Below, in pieces: positions 24,467 to 32,000 of a stretch of DNA of 32,000 nt. Origin of the DNA: Edaphobacter aggregans. Its GTDB lineage: Bacteria; Acidobacteriota; Terriglobia; Terriglobales; Acidobacteriaceae. The stretch spans positions 3,780,001 to 3,812,000 of the forward strand of contig NZ_RSDW01000001.1 of NCBI RefSeq assembly GCF_003945235.1. The letters are read 5' to 3'. Position 1 is the first letter of the stretch; each line of letters opens with the position of its first letter. The translations under genes were made by a program, and so were the position numbers. Under the pieces are notes generated by a model, which ran no database searches, was not told the DNA's origin, and was given only the letters and a program-made list of their open reading frames with translations.

Positions 24467-27400
24467 CTAGAAGCTGAACCGTGCCTGTAAGCTGACGGTT
24501 CGCGATCCAAGGGCTCTCTGAGCCTGTCCAAAGTTCAATAGCATGATGTCATTCGTGATGCTGGTCGGATCGAAGTTCAAATTGTTAAAGAAATTGAAAG
24601 CATCGGCGCGGAACTCAAACTTCGCGTTCTCTCCTAGAACCGGGAGCTTCGGCAGACCAAATGCCTTCGCAAGGCTGACATCAAGATCTCGGTAGCCTGG
24701 ACCGGTTAATGAATTACGCGCCACTCCTGGCGATTGCGGAACGGAAGAGGTCCCAGGAAACGCGACTGCTGGGGTAAAAGTGGGTGCCAAGAAGTACGGT
24801 TGCCCAGAACCGGCCAGCGGGAAGTTCTTATTCTGATTATTTCCCACACCAGGCCCGGACTTAAACGCACCATTACTTGTATCGTGCCCCGCACCACCGA
24901 GATAAGCAGCAGGCCGCAACTGAGAATAGCCGCTGCCTTGGAAGTAAAGGGTATTACCTTGATTGTTGATATTGGGAACATTGTAGACAGGGGTCCATGG
25001 AAATCCGGTATGAATATTCAGGATGCCGCTCAACGACCATCCGCCAACTACCTTTTCCAGCCAACCATGGCTGCCGCGGAAGAACACAGGCTGCCATAGA
25101 GCATAGAGCTTAAACGCTTTTCCTACATTGTAGTCGGAGCGTCCGCGTGCATAAGCTTGGAAGTACGGATAGGGATCTCTCTGATACGGTCCCGAACCGT
25201 CATCCATACTTTTGGCCCAGACGAACTGTGCGTCCGCCATAAATTGATGCGAGAAACTGTGTTTCAATCCAAGCTGAAGTGCGTTGTTATTCGACGCACC
25301 TTGATTGTTGAAGTAATTCACATTGGTCACGAGAGGATTCAATGGAATCCTTTGGGCCGCTGCTAGAACGTAGGCATCTGAATTCGTGATGATATGGCGC
25401 GCCGTGCTGCCGTAATATCCCACCGTGGCAATCAGCTGATGACCAAGATCGTATTGGGTATCCAGCGAATAGTGGTGGGTATACGCCGTAGGAAGGTTGG
25501 CTGGAAATGCCGTAACTCCGACACCCCCACCGGTTGGAAGGTTGACGGAGTTAAATGTTGTGACGGTATGGGGATTCGGCGGGTACCCAAATAGAGAATG
25601 CGGATCGCTTGCAACTGCATAAACAATGTTCGGGTTGATATTGCTGGGCGATTGGCTGGCAAACCCCGGCGAAACCGTCGAGGGCGGATTGCTACTTGCA
25701 TTCCCAGAGATCGCGATCTCTTCCTGATTGAAGTTGAGGCCGTAGCCACCTCGTACCACGAACCGATCGTGAAATATCTCAGGACTCCAGGCGAATCCAA
25801 GTTGTGGACCGAAATTCCCCTTCTGTGCACTCCATAGGTTGCCGCCAATCCGGATGCTCATTCCAGTGAACATGCTTGATCCACTACCAAACTGAACTGA
25901 ATTCAGGTTGTCTTGTTTAGTTGAGAGCGGTCCAAAGTAGGAATAGCGCAATCCGGCGTTGACGGTGAGATTGTGCCGAACCTTCCAGTCATCCTGAATG
26001 AAAAATCCATAGATGGTGACTCGATTGTCCTGCCGATGCGCAGTCGGTATACCCGTGAGCGGATCGAAGGTGCCACCCTGGAAGTGCGGTGCGTCGTTGA
26101 GGAAGGCCCAGATATTGTAGAAGTTGTAATTAGGCCGCGCCGAACCGGTTGACTCGTTCAGATAGTACAGTCGTGTGACTTCTCCGCCAAACTTAAGCGT
26201 ATGGTTGCCGGCTACTTTGGTTGCCACGTCCTTATAGGTGTATGTCCACTGGTTGAAGACGCTTGGCCCGGGGGCGCCGAAGGTAATTAGACCAGTGCTG
26301 GGAATGCTGCCGATTTGGTCGATCTGTGCCTGTGGCAAGCCGAATGGCATCTGCGGATTTGAATTGACCTCATTCCAGCGCCACCCTGCCGCATTGGCAC
26401 GAGCCTCATTGAGGAACGATGGTGAAAAGGTATGGTTCCAGATACCTGCAAATGCGTTGTTGATCGCATCATGATGAAAAAGGTTGTACGCACGGATGGG
26501 GCCGTTGAAATTGGTAGTGCTGACGGGAACCCAATAGATAGCAAAGCTCGCATGGTCTCTCTGGGTAACATTAGCGTCGAGACGGCCGTTGTACTGAACC
26601 TCAGTAGTCGACGTTGGATTCAAAGTCGTGAAGTTTGCAATGTCGGCGACATTCGTCAATCCGCTGCCAACGCCAGGATTGCCGGAGCCCGTCCATGTAA
26701 GGTCTTGCGTTCCCAGCGGCGATGTCAGTGGGGATCCGAGATTCAAACCTTGCCCAGGGATTGTCCGGCAGTTCACATTTTCAACGAGTCCAATATTTGC
26801 GCACGTTTCATTAATCATTCCTGCGGCACTCACGCCTGCGCCGGGAAAGGTCAGAAATTGTGATGAGATGCTGTTGGGAGGCCCCAATTTATCGAAAGCC
26901 GAGGTCTCATACCACGCGGTTGAGGTGGTTGACGCGCTGAGTCGTATCGTCTCATACGCGAAAAAAGCAAAGATTTTATCTTTCCAGATAGGGCCGCCGA
27001 CGCTGCCACCAATTTGGTTGAATTGCTGCGTATCCCTCAGTAGACCTCGCTCTGCAGGTGTGCCTGGTTGCAGTGAGCCTGGCCCGTTATACGGCTGATA
27101 AGCGTTCAGCCCCGGACGATTCGCCCTGAAGAAGAAACTGCCGTGAAAGTTATTCGTGCCGCTCTTAGATGTGACCTGAATCTGCGCACCGCTAAAACGG
27201 CCATTTTCCGCGTCGTATCCGTTGGAAACTATTTTGACGTTATCAACGGAATCTTCGTTGGGCGTGATCACGGTCGTTCCTCCCCACACCGCACTGACCG
27301 TGCTGATGCCGTCAATTGAAATGGAGTTTGTCTCGTATTGGCCGCCATTCGCAACGGACTGAGGACCGTTCTCAGTTTGGAATATTCCGGCGCCGGCGCC

Positions 27401-28015
27401 TGTTCCACCTGGACCCTGTGTGCCGGGAAGATTATTAGTGCCGCCGCCCGCTGCCTGTGATCCATTGCCAAAGACGCCGGGGGCCAGTTGTACAAACTGG
27501 AAGACATCCCGCCCGAATGAGGGCATGTGCTGAATCTGATTGCTGGTGATGGTTCCTCCAATGGAGGCAGTCTGGGTATCCAACGATGGCACCTGAGAGG
27601 CATCTACGGTGATCGTCTCTGTTGCTCCACCGATCTCCAGTTGCACATTTAATGCGTTTGACTGTTCGGGGATCAACTGTAAATCATTGAGAATTTTTTT
27701 CTTGAAGCCTTTGCTCTCTATAACTAGTGAAAAATGATCCGCGGGTAAAGCATTGAAATTGAAGACGCCGCTTCCACTACTCGTTCTTATAAGGGTCTCG
27801 TTGGTTGACATGTTCTTCAGGGTTAGGGTTGCGCCTGGGACGACTTCTCCCTGAGGATCGGTTACAACGCCTTGGATTGATGTCCGAAACTGGGCAAAAG
27901 CTGTTGCCGAGACCAGACAGCCTGCTAGGGACAGCAAAATCATCCCAAAAAGGATCCGAGAGACGACTACGTTCCACGTCCATGGACCATGAACACCACG
28001 CAAAGAATCTTGCAT
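24467..28015 (-). CDS. TonB-dependent receptor with N-terminal carboxypeptidase-regulatory-like domain (about 1180 aa)
   Basis: Signal peptide (…LVSATAFAQ), then a CarboxypepD_reg-like beta-sandwich (IQGVVTDPQGEVVPGATLTLKNMSTNE...FNFNALPADHFSLVIESKGF). A plug region follows (IQHMPSFGRDVFQFVQLAPGV), then a long beta-barrel ending in the aromatic C-terminus …SLQARFSF. A GGAGG RBS lies 4 nt upstream of the ATG. Confidence 0.9.
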   Translation of the reverse strand: MQDSLRGVHGPWTWNVVVSRILFGMILLSLAGCLVSATAFAQFRTSIQGVVTDPQGEVVPGATLTLKNMSTNETLIRTSSGSGVFNFNALPADHFSLVIESKGFKKKILNDLQLIPEQSNALNVQLEIGGATETITVDASQVPSLDTQTASIGGTITSNQIQHMPSFGRDVFQFVQLAPGVFGNGSQAAGGGTNNLPGTQGPGGTGAGAGIFQTENGPQSVANGGQYETNSISIDGISTVSAVWGGTTVITPNEDSVDNVKIVSNGYDAENGRFSGAQIQVTSKSGTNNFHGSFFFRANRPGLNAYQPYNGPGSLQPGTPAERGLLRDTQQFNQIGGSVGGPIWKDKIFAFFAYETIRLSASTTSTAWYETSAFDKLGPPNSISSQFLTFPGAGVSAAGMINETCANIGLVENVNCRTIPGQGLNLGSPLTSPLGTQDLTWTGSGNPGVGSGLTNVADIANFTTLNPTSTTEVQYNGRLDANVTQRDHASFAIYWVPVSTTNFNGPIRAYNLFHHDAINNAFAGIWNHTFSPSFLNEARANAAGWRWNEVNSNPQMPFGLPQAQIDQIGSIPSTGLITFGAPGPSVFNQWTYTYKDVATKVAGNHTLKFGGEVTRLYYLNESTGSARPNYNFYNIWAFLNDAPHFQGGTFDPLTGIPTAHRQDNRVTIYGFFIQDDWKVRHNLTVNAGLRYSYFGPLSTKQDNLNSVQFGSGSSMFTGMSIRIGGNLWSAQKGNFGPQLGFAWSPEIFHDRFVVRGGYGLNFNQEEIAISGNASSNPPSTVSPGFASQSPSNINPNIVYAVASDPHSLFGYPPNPHTVTTFNSVNLPTGGGVGVTAFPANLPTAYTHHYSLDTQYDLGHQLIATVGYYGSTARHIITNSDAYVLAAAQRIPLNPLVTNVNYFNNQGASNNNALQLGLKHSFSHQFMADAQFVWAKSMDDGSGPYQRDPYPYFQAYARGRSDYNVGKAFKLYALWQPVFFRGSHGWLEKVVGGWSLSGILNIHTGFPWTPVYNVPNINNQGNTLYFQGSGYSQLRPAAYLGGAGHDTSNGAFKSGPGVGNNQNKNFPLAGSGQPYFLAPTFTPAVAFPGTSSVPQSPGVARNSLTGPGYRDLDVSLAKAFGLPKLPVLGENAKFEFRADAFNFFNNLNFDPTSITNDIMLLNFGQAQRALGSRTVSLQARFSF

Positions 28016-28419
28016 AATGCCTCCATAAACTCGAACTCTGGTTAATTGTCATGTCACGGCTGCGCAACACGCCTCGTACTTAATGGCCTGTTTCGTGCAT
28101 GCTCGCCGACGTCAGCGCAAACGATTGCGCTTCGGGTAAAAGGTATATACCCCACAAGTAACGATGGTCAAACAATGGACCACAATTTTGGGATTTGAGG
28201 ATTCGAACTGGACAGCATCGGATAGTGGCCACTCATTGGTATTACTGTGTGTCCTCAGCTCAAACGGCTCCGTGAACCACGGCTTCTTCGATAGTGGGGA
28301 CCTCTTCACCACAATTGATTTTTCGTAGTTCCACGCAGAAAGCCGCCGTAATCCATACCTATGGACGAGATCGTTGGGCGCTAGGACGATGAAGATTATC
28401 TTGGAAAACGCCGCTGGGT

Positions 28420-28737
28420 TCACCACATCGATTTCCCGACGCGACCTCCCGAAGTCGTCTCTTGCGGCATTGGATGAATGTCGACGGCGATCGCCGCCAT
28501 ATCCTCGTTAGTTTCACCATGGTTAGTCCATTGCACCTTCGCGCACCCAATTCTCGTCGACAAGCTGCTCCACGATCTGCGAGACGGCGCTTTGTCCAAG
28601 CCCGAACGTTGCGCTAGATTAGCGCGAAATGGGTTGGTCCGGATTAACTCGAGCACAATATCCCGGTCGATGACCCGTGCCGTCTCACTCGACGCGAGCC
28701 GTAATTCAGTCAGGTCAGAACCTCTGATGTTAAGCAT
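28420..28737 (-). pseudogene. decayed ROK-family (NagC/XylR-like) transcriptional regulator: N-terminal wHTH remnant with a frameshift and premature stops
   Basis: From ATG 28737 the reading is MLNIRGSDLTELRLASSETARVIDRDIVLELIRTNPFRANLAQRSGL. The conserved continuation appears only in the +1 frame (GQSAVSQIVEQLVDENWVREGAMD, then a stop). A later piece, NEDMAAIAVDI, resembles the start of the ROK sugar-kinase-like domain. Only about 700 bp are available before the next gene, whereas an intact ROK repressor needs about 1.2 kb. Confidence 0.5.
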
Positions 28738-29044
28738 GCAATAAACCACTCCGACCAAAAATAAGCGAAGCATATCGGCAGCTGTTATCAAATTTGTTTT
28801 TACGACGAACGAAATATAACCCCGACAGCTTTTAAGGAAACGGCCATTGGAACGATAGAAAAGTAGCAGCGAAATGGGGCGGGGGTGTTAGCGGTTTCAT
28901 CGCAGTCATTTGGCAATCGGTGCTAATAAAACTTGAGTTAGTTAGATTCGAACCGAGTCTCCGCTGCTGGATATGGCTACTTCCGATTTTTCGGGTCTGG
29001 GTGCATGCGAAAAGCCGCCTACATCGCAAGTTGGAGTTTTTTTC

Positions 29045-29074
29045 TTGACAGGGCAGAAACCGCACCCATATAGT
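29045..29074 (+). promoter_or_regulatory. sigma70-type promoter candidate for the second TBDR
   Basis: TTGACA (29045-29050), 18 nt, TATAGT (29069-29074), preceded by a T-run. This would give a leader of about 90 nt before the GGAGG RBS at 29161. Confidence 0.45.
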
Positions 29075-29173
29075 CTCGGTCGCTAACAAAATTGAAATTG
29101 AAGGTTAGATTGAAGCGACACGGATTCGCTCGCGGAGCTCGTTTGTTGGCGGAATTTTTAGGAGGCAACATCA

Positions 29174-32000
29174 ATGAATAACGCAAGTGGCGTTCTTGGC
29201 AGGCGAGGACTGAGTCGAGACCTGCACCAACTCTGTGGAACAGGTCGATGGGTCCTTCCTCTCATCGTGGTCACGTTCTTACTTTTGTCCGCGTCCCTGA
29301 CCCACGCGCAAACCACAGCTCAATTGACGGGTATCGTGCAGGATGCCTCGGGAGCTGTGATTCCTGGGGCCCAAATAACGCTGACCGATGAATCGACCAG
29401 AACTTTGCGCATCGTAGAAACGAATCGCCAGGGATTGTATGCCTTTCCCGCGCTAGTGCCTGGCTCCTACATGGTGAAGGTCAGTGCGAAAGGTTTCCAA
29501 CCCAAGGAGATTACTGGAATCACGCTGCATGCCGGAGACGAACGAACTGTCCCTGCGTTTGCGCTGACGGTGGGCTCACCTGATACGACAGTTGTAGTCG
29601 AAGCATCAGGCGATCTGATTCCCACGGACAACGGAGCGCGCACCAACGTCCTAGACTCCAAACAGATCGAGAACCTGGCTCTTGCTGGCCGCGATACGAC
29701 AGAGCTGCTGAAAGTGTTGCCGGGTGCGACAACAGTCTCCTCCGGCCTAACCCAAAACGCTCCGATGTATAACGATCTAAATGTCTCCGTACAGCAGAGT
29801 GCAATCGGCAACGGGATCAATATCAATGGCGCGGTAAATCGTGGCGGTACGGCGTTGCTGGCTGATGGAGCCAACATCATCGACCCGGGCAACATGGCGT
29901 CGTCGGTCTCGATTGTCAACCCGGAAATGACCTCGGAGGTCAGCGTCCAGGCGTCGAACTTCGGTGCTGACACACCGTTTGGCCCAGTAGTTGTAAGCAC
30001 TATCAGTAAATCGGGGGGTGAGCGGTATCACGGCGAAGCCTACTTCAACGCACGGAACAGCGCCCTGAACGCGAACGACTGGAGAAGCAATCATCAGGGA
30101 GTCGCGCAGGGACCCCAGCACTATTACTATCCCGGTGGTAACTTCGGCGGTCCGGTACCGGGTACAAACAAGAAGCTCTTCTTCTGGGGCGGCTATGAAA
30201 AGTGGCTTCAGAACCAAGGCAACTCAAATGTCTTGACGTCTTATATACCCACTCCGGAGATGATGGCGGGAGATTTCAGCACCGATAACGCCGACAACCT
30301 AGCCCTTTGCCCCAACGGATTTTTCGCGACTCCGAAGAGCAGCTACCCGCAGGGTCAATGGTGCGGTGATCTTTCCGGAACGGTCTATGCAGACGGCTCT
30401 ACTGCGAATCCTACTCCGGCTCCTTACGGAAGCCAGGGTGGAAATGTGGGCCAGAAGATACCTGCTCAGTTCATTGATTCTGGCGCGGCAGCACTGGCCA
30501 AAATCTGGCCCAAGGCCAACGCGAACCCGGCAACCTCTGTCGGCAATGTCAACTACTATCAGCCCATTCCAAACCTGAACAATGGATGGATGTATCGCGT
30601 TCGGGTCGACTATCAACTGGGGGAAAATACAAAGATCTACGGGTCTTATCAGCAGGCATACGACTCGCAGCTGGCGCAGGGCAATGGAGCGCACCTGTAC
30701 TGGACGCCTGGCAATGCCATACCCTACCCGGGCGGCGGCGAGTCCGAGGCTTTCTCCGGCAAATCGCTGGCAGGGCACTTCGTACACAACTTCAACGCCA
30801 CAACGACCAACGACTTCATGGCGGCATGGGCCTTCGGCAGCTTCCCTTTTGTCCAGCCTAACCCGTCGGCGGCCTACCGGAGCACATTAGGCTATACCTA
30901 CGGCAAGGTCTTTCAGACCGCCTCTTCCAACATCCCTGCCTACAGCAGCGCCGGAAACTTTAGCTTCCCGGATTTCTCGCAGGCTTCTATCTTTGACAAC
31001 CCTCCAGGGAAATATGCAGTCCGCAAGGAAGCTCCACAGTTCAGTAATACGCTGACCAAAGTTTGGGGCGCTCATACGGTGAAATTGGGCGCATTCACGC
31101 AGACCACCGATAACTACCAGAGCACCTTTAGCACAAACCAGGATGGATCCCTCACCATTCGCGCGGGTCAGAGCACGAATATCATCACCGGAAACCAGCT
31201 TGGCTCGCCTCAGAACCCCGTGGCCAACTTCACGATGGGGATACTATCGGGCTACAGCGAAAACAACTCGTCTCCCATTGCCGATACTGCATACCAGGCA
31301 ACAGCGGTATTCGTGTCCGATAACTGGAGAGCAACCAAACACCTGACTCTTGAGCTGGGCGTGCGCGTGGAGCACATAGGCCACTGGTATGACCGTGATC
31401 ACATTGGCATGGCGGTCTTCTATCCTGATCGGGTACTGGCTGACTACAACGGTGGCAAGTACGCTCCGGGATATTACTGGCACGCCATCGATGCGGGCGT
31501 TCCGCTGAGTGGTCAGCCGAACCGTTTTGCTTATGTCGATCCACGACTGGGTCTTTCCTACGATCTGCGCGGGAACGGCAACACTATGATTCGCGGCGGA
31601 TGGGGCGCCTACCGCTTCGTCACCCAAGTCAACGACGTTTCGGCGCCGTTGGTGACCGCGCAACACGTCCTCAGTTACAACCTGCCCGGTCAGAAGAATG
31701 TCATGCTTTCGCAGCTCAACCAGTTGGCATATAAACCCTGCACATCACAATGCACAAGCGGAACACAAACGGGCTTCGATCCGGGCGACTACGGTCAGCC
31801 GCTCACCTTTGCCTACAATCTTACAATTGACCAGAGGCTGAAATGGAATTCAGTGCTCGATGTTGCGTACGTCGGAAGCAGCACCAGTCAACTTTCCAAC
31901 AACAGCGAGGGCATTGAAGGCAGCAATTTTGCTGCACTTGCCGATCAGAACAAAACTCCGCTCGGAGCCTTCTTCAAACCCGATCCAGTGACCGGTGTAC
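29174..32000 (+). CDS. TonB-dependent receptor with N-terminal carboxypeptidase-regulatory-like domain (partial; runs off the right edge)
   Basis: Absent from the ORF track because it has no stop in the window. My translation from ATG 29174 (GGAGG RBS at 29161) is open to position 32000. It reads MNNASGVLGRRGLSRDLHQLCGTGRWVLPLIVVTFLLLSASLTHAQTTAQLTGIVQDASGAVIPGAQITLTDESTRTLRIVETNRQGLYAFPALVPGSYMVKVSAKGFQP..., then a plug-like region (LDSKQIENLALAGRDTTELLKVLPGA) and barrel repeats. The minus-strand track ORFs here (29467-30217 and others) are shadows. Confidence 0.9.
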   Translation, partial: MNNASGVLGRRGLSRDLHQLCGTGRWVLPLIVVTFLLLSASLTHAQTTAQLTGIVQDASGAVIPGAQITLTDESTRTLRIVETNRQGLYAFPALVPGSYMVKVSAKGFQPKEITGITLHAGDERTVPAFALTVGSPDTTVVVEASGDLIPTDNGARTNVLDSKQIENLALAGRDTTELLKVLPGATTVSSGLTQNAPMYNDLNVSVQQSAIGNGININGAVNRGGTALLADGANIIDPGNMASSVSIVNPEMTSEVSVQASNFGADTPFGPVVVSTISKSGGERYHGEAYFNARNSALNANDWRSNHQGVAQGPQHYYYPGGNFGGPVPGTNKKLFFWGGYEKWLQNQGNSNVLTSYIPTPEMMAGDFSTDNADNLALCPNGFFATPKSSYPQGQWCGDLSGTVYADGSTANPTPAPYGSQGGNVGQKIPAQFIDSGAAALAKIWPKANANPATSVGNVNYYQPIPNLNNGWMYRVRVDYQLGENTKIYGSYQQAYDSQLAQGNGAHLYWTPGNAIPYPGGGESEAFSGKSLAGHFVHNFNATTTNDFMAAWAFGSFPFVQPNPSAAYRSTLGYTYGKVFQTASSNIPAYSSAGNFSFPDFSQASIFDNPPGKYAVRKEAPQFSNTLTKVWGAHTVKLGAFTQTTDNYQSTFSTNQDGSLTIRAGQSTNIITGNQLGSPQNPVANFTMGILSGYSENNSSPIADTAYQATAVFVSDNWRATKHLTLELGVRVEHIGHWYDRDHIGMAVFYPDRVLADYNGGKYAPGYYWHAIDAGVPLSGQPNRFAYVDPRLGLSYDLRGNGNTMIRGGWGAYRFVTQVNDVSAPLVTAQHVLSYNLPGQKNVMLSQLNQLAYKPCTSQCTSGTQTGFDPGDYGQPLTFAYNLTIDQRLKWNSVLDVAYVGSSTSQLSNNSEGIEGSNFAALADQNKTPLGAFFKPDPVTGV

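Noticed and set aside
28112-28426. 104-aa minus-strand ORF as an independent gene
   Set aside because: It has a GTG start without an RBS, no family resemblance, and lies directly downstream of the frameshifted ROK remnant. It is more likely debris of that gene.
28936-28965. tRNA-like TTCGAACC / GGTTCGAA string, possibly marking a tRNA or att-site remnant
   Set aside because: I could fold no T-arm stem or acceptor stem around it. Only about 10 nt are shared with the tRNA-Ser T-loop region.
29467-31666. Multiple minus-strand ORFs of 90-180 aa (29467-30000, 29777-30217, 30299-30787, 31244-31666)
   Set aside because: All are antisense to the uninterrupted plus-strand TBDR reading frame, which is missing from the track only because it has no stop within the window.

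Overview
The window looks like a chromosomal segment from a moderately GC-rich Gram-negative soil bacterium. My guess is Acidobacteriota (Terriglobia-like), based on two very large TonB-dependent receptors with an N-terminal carboxypeptidase-regulatory-like domain; this is inference, not a database hit. Positions 1-12.8 kb are ordinary housekeeping genes: aldo/keto reductase, MBL hydrolase, YihY, alpha/beta hydrolase, Na+/solute symporter, membrane GGDEF cyclase, purS-hemE-hemH, ppa, and an ECF41 sigma factor paired with a CMD/AhpD gene. Positions 12.8-16.8 kb look more AT-rich by eye. They carry a periplasmic alpha-carbonic anhydrase, a secreted beta-propeller-like hypothetical protein and a small membrane protein, and the intergenic gaps hold a family of short hairpin-forming GAAAC/GTTTC repeats. 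Next come an APC permease and tRNA-Ser(GCU), then about 1.7 kb of gene-poor sequence containing an orphan LigD-type 3'-phosphoesterase gene. Positions 20-32 kb form a glycan-utilisation neighbourhood: a DUF1080 plus Tat-exported Gfo/Idh/MocA pair, a TBDR-GH39 unit, a decayed ROK-type regulator and a second TBDR that runs off the window. I found no CRISPR array, transposase, integrase or recognisable defence or toxin system, and no clearly novel multi-gene system. The items most worth a second look are the intergenic repeat family, the double ECF41-type promoter, and the oxidative glycoside-cleavage pair beside a SusD-less TBDR locus with a dead regulator.
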